Below, piece by piece: positions 30,745 through 50,979 of a DNA stretch of 64,000 bases. Every line of letters begins with the position of its first letter. Within the stretch, counting starts at the first letter, position 1. The translations under genes and the position numbers were made by a program. Below the pieces are notes generated by a model. It had not been told where the DNA came from. It was given only the letters and a program-made list of their open reading frames with translations, and ran no database searches. The stretch comes from Octopus vulgaris (Eukaryota): contig OX597837.1 of the NCBI GenBank assembly GCA_951406725.2, positions 38,440,001 through 38,504,000 of the forward strand, given 5' to 3'.

Positions 30745-30947
30745 ATTTTCTGTACGAGGTCAGAAATTTCAGGAGAAGGGTCTAGTCAATTACGCTCACC
30801 CCATTGTTCAACTAGTACTTTATTTTGTCGACCTTGAAAGAATAAAAACCAAAGTCGACGCCAGCGGAAATTGAACTCAGAACGGGAAAGCAGACGACAT
30901 GTCGCTAAGCACCTAACCCGGCGTGCTAACGGTTCTACTAGCTCGCC
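30745..30947 (-). mobile_element. SINE family A, degenerate
   Basis: AAAGTCGACGCCAGCGGAAATTGAACTCAGAACG...CTAGCTCGCC. Confidence 0.75.
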
Positions 30948-31087
30948 TTCGTAATGGTAACAGTAATTACCCTGTACGTGTGTTTTAGATAAAAACACAT
31001 AAGAAGAAAGCATTCAAAATTCCTTCCCTCCAAAATTTATACAGCACTCTACCGATCAAGCTTCACGACGAGGCTTTATAGTATAGA

Positions 31088-31222
31088 GCTTTCCAATCAC
31101 ATGATTCCGGGTTCAGTCCCACTACATGGCACCTTGGCCAAGTGTCTTCTATTATAGCCTCGGACCGACCGAAGCCGTGAGAGCGGATTTGGTAGACGGA
31201 AACTGAATGAAACCCGTCACGT
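31088..31222 (+). mobile_element. SINE family B, 5' half
   Basis: CCGGGTTCAGTCCCACTACATGGCACCTTGGCCAAGTGTCTTC...GGATTTGGTAGACGGAAACTG. Confidence 0.8.
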
Positions 31223-31499
31223 ATATATATACATGCATACATACACACACACCCACCCACATCCCCCCACATATATTTGTTGTTAAATGTTTGAAATACG
31301 AGAGTACAAAAAAAGGCCAACAACTGATGAAGGGCCGCTCTTTAATTCATTTGTCTCGTTTCCCATTTTCTTTCCTTGGTCGAAAAAATAGTTCATATTC
31401 CACGTACTCGTACATCGTATTTTTTGTTGTACGTTTCATGACGTCCTGTGCCCACATATGCATATATATATAGGTATAGATGCAAGTATGTACATATAT

Positions 31500-31545
<46 letters not shown>

Positions 31546-31581
31546 AGATGCAAGTATGTACATATATGTATGTATATATGC

Positions 31582-31630
<49 letters not shown>

Positions 31631-31645
31631 CACATATATATATAT

Positions 31646-31731
<86 letters not shown>

Positions 31732-31809
31732 GCAGATTTGCATGTTTTATGCCTGTATTCTCATGCATATAGTTACATATATATTGACATGCTCATATAT
31801 ACGTAAAAG

Positions 31810-32230
31810 TTAAGCTTCTGGAAAGTTTTACAGATTTTTACAGTTCCAGTGATGGATTGGATCTGTAGTTTTCGAATCAGCTTTCTTCTTTCAGACTTCG
31901 AGAATCCTAATTAGGCAATGCGTTATATATCTCAGTGCCCTAATAACTACAGGTATAAACCTGAACTTGTAATATGGATAGAGTAGCTGTAGATTCTTCA
32001 TTAATTCAGTATAGTTATTTTCTTTTTCGCTCATCTTTAGCTTTACGTTCACATCCGCTGAGCAGCTGATTCTCTCAACTCTACACAGTTCCTCCTCTTC
32101 ATCCCAAATTACAATGTCGGGTAATTTGTTTAAACTTTATTGAGATTTTCACAGGGACAACCACCAGTACTGCTTTTTATTATGACCGGCTATGGCTTCT
32201 ACCATACTGTAGGCTCTTATTCCTTTGGGC
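31810..32230 (-). mobile_element. RLE-domain non-LTR retrotransposon (R2/R4/NeSL group) C-terminal fragment
   Basis: PDIVIWDEEEELCRVERISCSADVNVKLKMSEKENNYTELMKNLQLLYPYYKFRFIPVVIRALRY..RKLIRKLQIQSITGTVKICKTFQK, a PD..(E)..K restriction-like endonuclease signature. Confidence 0.85.
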
Positions 32231-32418
32231 TGTATGTATGTGAGTGTGTATGTATGCATATATGTACGTACGTACGTACGTATAATTAAATATGTAAAAG
32301 ATAGTAAACAAAAAAGAGAGTGGGTGCAATCAAAAAATTTAGATTATTCTGGCAAAAGGTCGAATGAGCAGCACATTACTCGATGTTTCGCATATATATA
32401 TATATATAAATATATAAT

Positions 32419-32616
32419 AATAATAGTTATCACCATACTAATATGGCATTCTTATAAAAATAAGAATAAAGCTGTCCGCTTATTAGCTCCATGAGGCCAT
32501 CGCCTTAAGTTAGCTATTTGATACACTTAAGGCGATGGCCTCATGGAGCTAATAAGCGGACAGCTTTATTCTTATTTTTATAAGAATGCCATATTAGTAT
32601 GGCGATAACTATTATT
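32419..32616. repeat. 92-bp near-perfect inverted repeat with 14-nt loop
   Basis: 32419-32510 vs 32525-32616, one mismatch; embedded in TA-rich flanks. Confidence 0.95.
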
Positions 32617-32672
32617 TTCCGGGAACGCTGCCGCTGTTCTCTTTTAGAGAGACTTAGTAATTTTAATATTTC

Positions 32673-32722
<50 letters not shown>

Positions 32723-32862
32723 CATACGACCACATTAACCCCATCAGATGGTTGAACATCGGATCAGCTGTCGTAAACTGCTAAGCAGAAGAAACTGTCC
32801 ATAGCACTTACTCAGCATTACCTGACACCTTTGGGTCTTATTGACACCATTACCTCTCACAA

Positions 32863-32925
<63 letters not shown>

Positions 32926-33063
32926 ATTAAACAGCCGAAATCTGCGATGAGGAATCGGTTTCTGACTGAAGAACGAAGGCTTTGAATGACCCGTCCCTTC
33001 GTGTATTTCACGTTATTTATTTATGTAAAGGTTTATTCTATATATATGCATATGTATATGTGC

Positions 33064-33134
<71 letters not shown>

Positions 33135-33280
33135 TGCACGAAATTATACACATACATATAGAATCACACATCACACACATGCGCACACACACATATATAT
33201 TTGGGATTTCTATTTGGCTTGGAAGTTTCTAGAAGTGAATTGGTGTGTTGAAAGTTTATACCTTGGGAGAGCAATACGCC

Positions 33281-33333
<53 letters not shown>

Positions 33334-33850
33334 GAAGAAGAAGAAGAAGAAAAAGAAGAAGGAGGAGGAGGAGGAAAAGAAGAAGAAGAAGAAGAAGAAG
33401 AAGAAGGAGGAGGAGGAGGAAAAAAAGAAGAAGAAGAAGAAGAAGAAGAAGAAGAAGAAGAAGAAGAAGAAGAAGAAGAAGAAGAAGAAGAAGAAGAAGA
33501 AGAAGAAGAAGAAGAGCAATAGTAATAATAACACACGCACTGGTTCACTATCACATTTTATTATTAGTCACTCAGTTAAATATCGATCCTATTAAATAAT
33601 CGATCGTATATTTTATCTGTTGGTTAGGCAATCAATCAATCAACCGATTGAGTGTTGAATCATAATCAATGCATTAAACAAACGATCGATTAGTTAGTGC
33701 ATTGTTTATTTAACCTATGAACTAACAATAAAGAAGTGATATTGACCCGGTCCTCGTGTTATTATTATTGACATAATGACCATCCCAAGACATAACAAGG
33801 CGTACACACACACACACACATATGTATGTATATGTATATATATGTATATA

Positions 33851-34075
33851 GTTCTTTATTACACACAGGGGGATAAACATAGAGGGCACAAACAAGAACA
33901 GACAAAGGGATCAAGTCGATTACATCGACCCCAGTGCGTAACTGGTGCTTATTTAATCGACCCCGAAAGGATGAAAGGCAAAGTCGACGTCGACGGAATT
34001 TGAACTCAAAACGTAACAGCAGATAAATACTGCTAAGTATTTCGCCCGGCGCTTCAACGATTCTGCCAGCTCGCC
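33851..34075 (-). mobile_element. SINE family A
   Basis: GAAAGGATGAAAGGCAAAGTCGAC..GGAATTTGAACTC..TTCTGCCAGCTCGCC. Confidence 0.9.
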
Positions 34076-34248
34076 TATAATATATATATATATATAACAT
34101 ATGCCTATATATGTATATAAATAATCATATGTATATATATCTGTGTGTGTATGTATATATTTATATATAAGTATGTATATGTATTTAATTGTTCCACGTC
34201 CTCGCATTGCTGTGTTTTTTTTTCTGTGTTTTCTTGTTTGAATTAACT

Positions 34249-34323
<75 letters not shown>

Positions 34324-34395
34324 TATATATATGTATATATATATATATACATATATATATGTATGTATATATATATATGCATATATATAGGTATG

Positions 34396-34434
<39 letters not shown>

Positions 34435-35426
34435 TTATGTATGGATATATGCTATCACTACCGTGTGTTTGTATGTGTGTATTTGGTTGTGATAAATATA
34501 AATATTCCAATATATATATATAACTTTTAATAAATGCGTCATTACATGCAAAATAATGAATTCTCCAAATTTTTTAGCATTAATAATTTTGACTGAAAAG
34601 ACTCGAGTTTCGAACAACAGACGAAAAATCTGTCTTGAGAAACTCCGAAGAATTTTCTGAGGAATACGAAAAACACTGCCTGGAACTCGTACGAACTGAA
34701 ACGGAAGTATTAAGGTATTCAATTGGCGTACTTGACACAAAGGGAAACATCCTTAAAGGGATATGTGTGTGTGTGTGTGTGTGTGTGTTCACATGGGCCT
34801 CCTACCTACAAGTAAAACTTCATATAATCAAGATACCCTTGACCTGAAGAGTGGTGTGCGGTATACACGTCGCTCGGATATTTTCTACTTTTGCGGTCCC
34901 ACTCGCAATGAAACGTATGTAGCCCGGATTTTTATCTTCACCGGTTCTTAACTTTTGGATTTTTATTCGCATACCAAGCAACACTGGCTGCCAACCGGGA
35001 AATAAAAAGTAATTGTTTTCAGTTTATCATACTCCGATACGGAAAAAATTCTCAACATTCCACACCAACGAAACGCCATTGTTCTCGCAAGTTGTTTGTT
35101 TATATTTTCTACGGATTCCTTGAAGCTTACCTTCTTCCTACACTTCGATTTTTGAAGCTTACATATATATATATATATATATAACTTTTGTTTATTTTCG
35201 TAAACCTTCCCGTTATATATATATATATATATGAGAGGTAATGGTGTCATTGAGACCGAAAGGTGTCAGCTAATGCTGAAATAAGTGGTATAGACAGACC
35301 ATAGTTAAGTCCCAGGTTCGGTAATTTTGCGAATAAGGGGTTCAACCTTAGTCATATGTCAGCGTGTGTATATAAGAATTTTTTGCATAATGAAATAAAA
35401 AACTAAGGCTGTGTAGATATTAGAAC

Positions 35427-35484
<58 letters not shown>

Positions 35485-35494
35485 CGAATTTCTT

Positions 35495-35647
35495 AGACTT
35501 TCCTCCCACCAAATCCATGCATAAAGTTTTGGTCGGCCCACCTAGAAGACACTTGCCCAAGATGCCACATGGTGGGGGAGAGAGGAACTGAACCCAAAAC
35601 CATGTGATAGTGAAGCAAGTTTCGTACCACAGAGCCACGCCTGCGCC
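35495..35647 (-). mobile_element. SINE family B, 5' half
   Basis: GAAGACACTTGCCCAAGATGCCAC...ACTGAACCC...AGCCACGCCTGCGCC. Confidence 0.75.
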
Positions 35648-35786
35648 TGTAAAGTTTTCTGCCCCACACTTTAGTGATTTTGCCAAATATAAACAAGGGT
35701 GTATATGAATTCACACACACACACACACACACATATATTAGTACATACATTCATACACACATTCATGAATACATACATATATATAC

Positions 35787-35836
<50 letters not shown>

Positions 35837-36205
35837 GGTGGTTGTCTAATCCTTATGCTGAGTCTGATCACGTCGAGTACTTACACCATAGATCCATCAC
35901 GGCGTCTGTCGTGTCATTTTAAACCGCACAATGTATTGAAAAGACATCCTTAGATTGTATATCCGATTTGGACCACCAAGAGCGACAGCTAAGTTCTGAT
36001 GTTTAGAAATCTTACAATGTCTTTTGAGGTCTCAGATACAATTGCAAACCCTATGGCATACACCGCACTGAAAGGTGTCCACAGATATACAAACACACAC
36101 ACACACACACACATACATATGTGTAACTCCTAAACACCAGTCGTTTTTTTCTCTATCTCCGTTGCCCGCTCTGGGATCTTTCTTTCCTCTCTCTTCCTTC
36201 TTTAT

Positions 36206-36240
36206 GTTTCCGACGAAGAGCTCCGCTCGAAACGTCATAC
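36206..36240 (+). ncRNA. Minimal hammerhead motif (CCGACGA core) in a Penelope-like piece at 36140-36330
   Basis: GTTT-CCGACGA-A-GAGC(TCC)GCTC-GAAAC-GTC|ATAC; sister of 58554-58588. Confidence 0.6.
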
Positions 36241-36326
36241 CTCCCTGCTTCCATTTCCTGAGCGCCTATTAATAATAATACTGTAATTGTTCCATTGTTG
36301 TTGTTTTTTTGTTTCCCGTTTGGATT

Positions 36327-36373
<47 letters not shown>

Positions 36374-36582
36374 GTATATATATATATATATACATATATA
36401 TAAATGCATATAGATATATAATATATAAATACTGAAAAGGTTGCAAGCAGCAACGAAAGTTTTAGAAAAAATAGTTACATATATCAGTATAAATCGAACC
36501 GGTGAGTGTGTTAAGAAATAAGGCACTAAAAGAGAATTACTCTCCCCAGACACAATAAATATATATATATACATATATATAT

Positions 36583-36742
36583 ACTTTATTAAAAAGCAGC
36601 AAGAGTATCACAAAAACTTTTACTCAGAGTTTCACGTTCCCGTTCGCCAGACAGTTTTATTTCCACAGTAAATTAATCTACCTCTGGTATTCGAGTACTA
36701 TTTTTTACACTTTTGTTTCGAATTTATGTGCCTACTCTGGTA
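36583..36742. mobile_element. Penelope-like piece: inverted pLTR segment with hammerhead (minus, 36613-36658) joined to the family 3' tail
   Basis: Minus strand AAAACTGT-CTGGCGA-ACG(GGAA)CGT-GAAA-CTCTGAG-TA|AAAGTTTT; tail CTACCTCTGGTATTCGAGTACT...TACTCTGG. Confidence 0.75.
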
Positions 36743-36754
36743 TATATATAAATA

Positions 36755-36917
<163 letters not shown>

Positions 36918-36964
36918 AAGTAGTGCGATTAGAATTATCATTTTCCATTCATTTTCAGTTCGAG

Positions 36965-37320
36965 GAAGGTCACAAGTGTGTTAGATCGACCTCAGTACAA
37001 CTGGTACCGAATTTTATTGTCAGGAGATGATGAATTACAAACTTCAACCTCGTGGATTTGCAAATCAGAATGTGACAGAATATGAAGAACCGAACGAAAT
37101 AGCGATATGCGTTTTGTGCGACGCACTGCTATTGCTAAGTGCGCTCCACCTTGATAATTATTATAAGAATAATAACCGTAAGAATCTTGTCTACTATAAT
37201 TACAAGACCGCAAAACGATGAGAGGCAAAATCGACCTTGGCGGAATTTGAACTCAGGACGTAAAGACTGACGAAATGATGTCAAGTGTTTCGCCCGGCGT
37301 GCAAACGATTCTGCCACCGC
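36965..37320 (-). mobile_element. Two SINE family A remnants
   Basis: GGCAAAATCGACCTTGGCGGAATTTGAACTCAGG...TTCGCCCGGCGTGCAAACGATTCTGCC, plus an older copy upstream. Confidence 0.7.
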
Positions 37321-37322
37321 AC

Positions 37323-37368
<46 letters not shown>

Positions 37369-37679
37369 GATGATGATGATGATGATGATGAAGATGATGA
37401 TGATGATGATGATGACGATGACGATGTCGATGACGATGACGATGACGATGATGATGATGATGATGATGATGACGATGATGATGATGATGATGATGTCGAT
37501 GATGGTGATGATGACGATGATGATGACGACGACGAAGACGATGATGATGAATTCACTGGGAAACTAAGGCATGCAGAAACGAAAGCAAAAATATACTTTA
37601 GCATATAGACACCGGCATACACACAGTAATATACACTCTATTATATTTGTTTTATATCCTTATTTTTCTAAACGTACAT

Positions 37680-44300
<6,621 letters not shown>

Positions 44301-44304
44301 TTTT

Positions 44305-44857
44305 AAGTTCCAGCTCAGAGCTGCAGCCATGCTGATGCGCCACCATTTTGCGCTACACTGTTATTACTAGGAGCCTCCTCTAATATGTGGCACTTGATGA
44401 AGAACGGAGTTTGATATATCTACCCTGATTTGCACCTCTTGCCGTGAGGTAGGCTCATCTGGGACTCTCAACAGGAAGAGGTCCAGCTTTGATTTAAAAC
44501 CCCTACATCTACTTTGTTCCTCAGACTCTTTGGGAGAATATTAAAAAGCTGTGGGCCCTTGAATCCCAGGCTGTTGCAGTAACTGGTCCTGAAGTGTGAT
44601 GGCATTGCTGGGATCTTTGGCACCATGCAGTGTCATCCTGTTTTGGCATTGGTGTTGCTTTCAATGCCAAAATTTGGCACAATTCCTTCCAGGATCTTCC
44701 AGATATATATTACTGCATACCTCTCCCGTCTTCCCTCCAGGGAGTAGAGTCTTAGCAGTTTCAACCTTTCCCAGTAGCTGAGCTGTTGCAAAGAGACGAT
44801 CTTCTTTGTGAATCTTCTCTGGATTGCTTCAACGTCCGCTGTTAATCTCACACTGGT
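44305..44857 (-). mobile_element. CR1/L2-group LINE 3' end
   Basis: ADVEAIQRRFTKKIVSLQQLSYWERLKLLRLYSLEGRRERYAVIYIWKILEGIVPN..NSLGFKGPQLFNILPKSLRN..; tail GGTGGCGCATCAGCATGGCTGCAG. Confidence 0.9.
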
Positions 44858-44877
44858 GATATATATAAATTATTTTT

Positions 44878-45118
44878 ATTCAGTAGTTTTTTTTTTATAG
44901 CGTGCTTTCACTTCACTACCGAGCGTAGCTCTGTGTGCCTTGTGTATGTGCTGTGATCTGTTGTGCTGCTCTTATGGTTATTGTATTGAAAGTGTTTTGT
45001 GTAGGATGTGTGCAGTGCCCATTAGTGCAATTTTCTGTATGTTATATGTGTTTGTAAGTCCTGGTGTTTTTGTTATGTAATTGTATGAATATTTTTTTAT
45101 CACACCTAATGCGCCTTA
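44878..45118 (-). mobile_element. R4/Dong-type 3' end, dispersed sister of the 20728-22638 units, extending about 30 bp further 5'
   Basis: CAGTAGTTTT..GCGTGCTTTCACTTCACTACCGAGCG...; encodes GALGVIKKYSYNYITKTPGLTNTYNIQKIALMGTAHIL; abuts (TTA)n. Confidence 0.85.
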
Positions 45119-45142
45119 TTATCATTATTATTATTATTATTA

Positions 45143-45197
<55 letters not shown>

Positions 45198-45478
45198 GCT
45201 GAACGAGTGTTTGCAGGGTGACGAAACTGTTCCGTGTCCGTAAATTATGTATAGTATACACACACACACACGCACACACACACACACTCACAAACACAAA
45301 CACACATACCTACGCACACGCGCAAACACACACACACACACTTCTAGAGTCCCATGAAGACTATTCTTGTAAAAGGATAACCTGCATGCTAGACAGTCTT
45401 CAGTTGTCTTTAAGTTTAATTTTAAATTGTTTCTATTATAACACAGCATAAACGCAAACTCTAATACATACACACACA

Positions 45479-45566
<88 letters not shown>

Positions 45567-45569
<3 letters not shown>

Positions 45570-45708
45570 TTTATTTAAAAGTATATTTGTTACTCCGAGT
45601 AACAGCTTTTGTTAAATTTCTGCTGCTTTTAAATAAAGCATATTACTGTACCTCTGGTTTTTGAGTACTCTTTTTTTCCGCCTTGTTTCACATTTATGTG
45701 TTTACTCC

Positions 45709-45711
<3 letters not shown>
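45567..45711 (+). mobile_element. Truncated Penelope-like piece with micro fold-back at the hammerhead stem III
   Basis: ACTTTATTTAAAAG..TGTTACTC-C-GAGTAACA..CTTTTAAATAAAGC plus the family tail; (TA)n on both sides. Confidence 0.8.
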
Positions 45712-45745
<34 letters not shown>

Positions 45746-45813
45746 TTAAAAAATCCTTAAATCCTTAAAAATATTTTAGCCCGAAGGCCGCGACCATGCT
45801 GGGGCACCACCGC

Positions 45814-45874
<61 letters not shown>

Positions 45875-45911
45875 ATATATGTATACATGTATGTATGTAT
45901 GTATGTATGTA

Positions 45912-45946
<35 letters not shown>

Positions 45947-45995
45947 GTATGTATGTATGTATATATATATATATATATATATATACATACATACA

Positions 45996-46075
<80 letters not shown>

Positions 46076-46601
46076 CATATATATCTTAGAATGTATGTAT
46101 GTATATAGTTCACCTCTATATTCTTATCGCATGACACTTTTGCCGTAAAAGTGTCCGCCATTTTGTTCTACCTCTCTTTTCCTCATTTCTTATAATTTTC
46201 TGTCTTCTTGTTTCGTTACTACACCTCCTTCTATACAGAAATTCTTCTCCCCCTCGTCCTCATTACGCTCATCTTCTTCATCATCATCGTAATCCCCATC
46301 GTAATCATCATCATCATCATCATCAACAACAACAACAACATGCCCTCCTTCCTATCTTCTACCCACTTCCACTGCAGCTTTACTGCAGCATTCTCAGCCT
46401 CTCACCCAAACCACTACCACCACCACTGCCACCACCCCACCCTGCTTTAATTCTCTCCTCCTCCCCATCCCCAGCCAGCCTTCCCTCCATCCACCACACA
46501 GAATCCACATCAGAATCGTCCTGTTCCATTTTGTAACGAATTTCAAAAATCAATTTCAGAAGAAGGGAAATTATGGAACTGGAGCAAATACGAGGAGACA
46601 C

Positions 46602-46646
<45 letters not shown>

Positions 46647-46769
46647 AGAGGTTGAATAGCGATGGAGGGAAAATGACAGAGAGAAGGAAACAGCAATGAG
46701 AGAAATGAAAGGAGAAAGAGATGAGAAACATTGTGAAAGTTGGAGGAAGTAGGAAAGTTAGAGTATGAG

Positions 46770-46805
<36 letters not shown>

Positions 46806-46851
46806 AGGGAGGGGGAGAAAGAAAGATAAATAGATAGACAGAGATAGATAA

Positions 46852-46938
<87 letters not shown>

Positions 46939-46943
46939 CAGAC

Positions 46944-46996
<53 letters not shown>

Positions 46997-47213
46997 TACA
47001 GGAAGAGAGAGAGGGGTCAGAAAGAGAGTGGCGGTGAGAGTAAAATATCACTGCGCCCAATTTTATCAACGGGTCAGCAGGAAATATTTCTACATACATC
47101 AGCATATCATTCTTGGTAAACTACTTCGTTACCTCTAGTCTGTGTCATATACATACATACTTCTGTGTGTGTGCGTGTGTAAATATTCACACACACACAC
47201 ACACACACGTATA

Positions 47214-47682
47214 TATGGGAGATGGTATCAAAAGTTTCTCGGACTTGTTATGTTTAATAAGAAAAAATAGCTTATTTCCCTAAGCTTTGACATCATCTCC
47301 TTCGAAATAGTCAACTTGCACAGCAAGTTGTCGCTATTGGAATCCAGCATGGAAATCGTTTCCCGTAAGGGAGTCGAGGACCTTCTGCGATTCGGTCTGG
47401 ATCTCGACAACAGTGTTAAAACGACGACCTTTGAGCTGCATTTTTCATCTTGGAGAAGAGATGGAAGTCTGCAGGTGCGAATAGGGTGGATGCAGAAGCG
47501 ATACCATATTGTTTTAGGGGATAAACTCACAAGTGAAGCGAGCTCGGTGACAGGGTGCATTGTCATCGTAAAGAACCCAGTTTTTCACTCTTCACAGATC
47601 CGGTCGCTTCCGCCGAATGTCCTCCCTCAAACCCTTCAAAATGTCGCCCTAGAATTCTCGATTGACGGCCTGGCCCTGCGGT
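47214..47682 (-). mobile_element. mariner transposase C-terminal (DDD) relic with right TIR
   Basis: QGQAVNREF*GDILKGLREDIRRKRPDL..NWVLYDDNAPCH..HPPYS..KMKMQLKGRRFNTVVEIQTESQKVLDSL..DYFEGD; TIR-like GATGGTATCAAAAGTTT. Confidence 0.9.
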
Positions 47683-47719
47683 TCACTTTAAGATCTACAG
47701 CTGAACACTGAGTCTCTAG

Positions 47720-48392
47720 CTCTGTCAGCACAGTTTGTACCTTCAGCATTGAGTACAATGTCATCTGCAAATCGGAGGTGCGTTAGTTGCTCGCCATTGC
47801 TGTCCACGCCACCTGTCCAGTCGATTTCCTTGATGACCGATATCTAGACGTGTGGTATAGAGCTTTGGAGTGATGGTGTCTCCTTTCTCAATTGAGACCC
47901 TCGTTGGTGGTGACAGCAGAGATACATCTTTTGTGCATCCAAAGTTCGCAAAACCTATTTATTTATTACCCACAAGGGGCCAAACATAGACGGGACAAAC
48001 AAGGATTACATCGAACCCAGTGCGTAACTGGTACTTAATTTATCGACCCAGAAAGGATGAAAGGCAAAGTCGACCTCGGCGGAATTTGAACTCGAGCCGT
48101 TTGATGTATTGCATCTTGACACCTTGCATGCCCAGAGATTTCAACATTGCGTTCATTTCGACGCCCTTGAAGGCCTTATCGTAATCAATAAAAGCGATAC
48201 ACAGAAGAAGCTTGTATTCATTCGCTCGTTCTATGAGCTGTGTTAGAACGAATACTTGATCTATCGTACTATAGTTCTTATAGAAATATGCTTGGTCCCA
48301 CGGCTGTTGGTCGTCGTGGTGTAATGATAATCTGGTGAATATGACTTTCATAAACAGCTTACAGAGGTGAGACAAGAGGCGTATGGGGTAAT
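47720..48392 (-). mobile_element. RTE-clade LINE reverse-transcriptase fragment split by a SINE
   Basis: LLSHLCKLF..STIDQVFVLTQLIERANEYKLLLCIAFIDYDKAF.. | ..GDTITPKLY..NGEQLTHLRFADDIVL. Confidence 0.9.
47958..48093 (-). mobile_element. SINE family A (3' part) inserted in the RTE fragment
   Basis: CGACCCAGAAAGGATGAAAGGCAAAGTCGACCTCGGCGGAATTTGAACTC. Confidence 0.85.
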
Positions 48393-49235
48393 AGTTTTTT
48401 TTAAAAAATCTTCTTTATCACTCTTATGAACCTGGATGGTATTTGATTCTTTTCACATGTAGCGATTGATAGGTATTTATGTATGTCCTGAAAGATAGGG
48501 CGTTTCCAATACACCACGCAACCCAAATATGTTTCTCGACGGTAAATCTGTACTGTGGGTTCAGTGAAGAGTAAAAAATATTCCCAATAAGAAGACTTTA
48601 ACACATCTTAATGACCCATTACAATTGTTTCTCTACCAACTCTGCTTTCAACGTTAGTTCACGCAAAAATTGCAAGGGAAGATTTCTGCAACATTTTCTG
48701 TTTTAAACATTACAGTGCCACTTCTTCAGACTTGCATTGAAGATGCAGTCTTACTTTGTGTTCAATATTACTTTATGTACAATCTTACTTTGTGTACAAT
48801 ATTTCTTTCTCTCTCTCTCTTTCTTCGTCTCTCAATTTTTGACTCCTTCTCTTCCATCCTCTCATCACCTCACCACTTACTCTCCTCCCATTATTTCTTT
48901 CTCGCTTGCGTTCTCTCTTCTCCTTTCTTCTTTTTTCATTTCTTTCGATCATTCTTGGTTTCTTTCTTTCTCTTTTTCCTCTTTCCTTCCATCCTACATT
49001 CAAGTCTTAATATCCTTCTTTCTTCGTGTCTTAATACCTTCAGAGGTTTCATAAATCCATCGGGATTCATAAAAGGAATCGTTGAAAGCTCTGAAACATC
49101 GTCTTAAATTGCTGCCAGGGGTTCGTAGCTAGCATTAGTTTGATATAGTTTTATGTGTGAGAGAGAGAGAGAGAGCAAGTGTGTGTACGTATGTATATAT
49201 TCATTATATATTCCATCTTCCGTCTTTTTGCCGTA

Positions 49236-49375
49236 GCTTGCTAACCAACCACATGGTTCCGGGTTCACTCCCACTGCGTGGCACCTTGGCTGTCTTCTAA
49301 TATAGCTTCCGGCCGACCAATGCATCGTGAGCGGATTTGGTGGACGGAAACTAAAAGTAACCCGTCGTAAATATA

Positions 49376-49450
<75 letters not shown>

Positions 49451-49680
49451 ATTTTTGTGTGTGTGTGCCTGTGTGCATTTTTGTGTTTGTTTCCCACCAT
49501 CGATTGATGACCGATATTGGTGTGTTTACGTCTCCGTAGCATTAGCGGTTCGGCAAAAGAGCCCGATAGAATAAGTACTAGGCTTACAAAGAATAAGTTC
49601 TGAGGTCGATTTGCTCGACTAAAGGCGGTGCTCCTGCATGGCCACAGTCAAATGACTGAAACAAGTAAAAGAATAAAATA
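49236..49680 (+). mobile_element. SINE family B with internal (TA)n(TG)n
   Basis: CCGGGTTCACTCCCACTGCGTGGCACC...(TA)(TG)...GGCGGTGCTCCTGCATGGCCACAGTCAAATGACTGAAACAAG. Confidence 0.88.
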
Positions 49681-49808
49681 ATTTATATAAATAAATAGAT
49701 AGATAGATAGATAGATAGATAGACAGACAAACAGACATACAGACAGACAGACAGGCAGGCAAGCAGACAGGCAGACAGACAGGCAGGCAGGCAGACAGAC
49801 AGACAGAC

Positions 49809-49882
<74 letters not shown>

Positions 49883-50173
49883 TGAGAAAGTAGGACGGGG
49901 GTAGAAATAGTGAGAGAGAGAAAGAGAGAAGAAAGAGAGACGGAGAGAGAGTGAGAGAAATAGAAAGAGTAAGATAGAGAGAAAGAGTGTGTGTGAGAAA
50001 TGGAGACAGAGAGAGAGACATAGAGAGACATAGAGAGAGAGAGAGAGAGAGACGGAGGGAAGGGGACAGAAAGACACAGAGAGGGTAAGAAAGAGACTCA
50101 AGAAACTGAGGGGACAGAGAGAGAGAGAATCTGAGCTGAATATCAAGAAAGACAGAAAAAAAGAAAGAAATGA

Positions 50174-50213
<40 letters not shown>

Positions 50214-50385
50214 AGGAGTGAAGGAAAGCGAATGAGCGCACAGCTCACTGCCTCCTTCCCACAATTTGACAGACAGCCAAAAAGCACTTTGAGTATATTT
50301 CAATCCCTGTCTCGTCTTCGTTCTATTTTACACACACACTCATATATACACACATATATATATATACATGAAAATACACACACAC

Positions 50386-50444
<59 letters not shown>

Positions 50445-50537
50445 CACAGATATATATATGTATGCATATTTATGAGTAGTGTGTGTATGTATATGTACAT
50501 GTATATTTATGTATATACGTATATATATGTGTCTATG

Positions 50538-50606
<69 letters not shown>

Positions 50607-50625
50607 ATGTATTTATGTATGTATG

Positions 50626-50662
<37 letters not shown>

Positions 50663-50979
50663 GTATATCCTGAGAAGAAGCACCATCATTATCCGCAACT
50701 GTTCACTTAAAACAGATCGCTTGCAATCTTCCATTTTTTCTGCCTGCCTGAGTTCGACGTCAATTTCAGCAAGAATTAACTTGCAACACACGAAACATTG
50801 GAATATATTCACCATTATTCCTCACCACTCCGCCCATCCGCCCGTCCACCCTCCAAAACCAAACCCCCATCGCCAATCTCTTCATAAGTGCGCACGCACA
50901 CACACACACACACATACACACATACACACACACGCACACACACGTACATGCTCACACAGACATACACACACACATTGCT

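Noticed and set aside
31325-31385. CTGATGA-AGGG possible hammerhead
   Set aside because: No GAAA, stem III or stem I at workable spacing.
32965-33005. CTGAAGA followed by an ACGAAGG/CCTTCGT stem
   Set aside because: Followed by GTAT instead of GAAA, with no closing stem I.
34593-34660. Minus-strand GAAA-CTCGAG-TC with a GAAAA/TTTTC stem
   Set aside because: No recognisable CTGANGA core, so too decayed to call.
47316-47711. 131-aa plus-strand ORF
   Set aside because: It is the antisense shadow of the mariner transposase relic.
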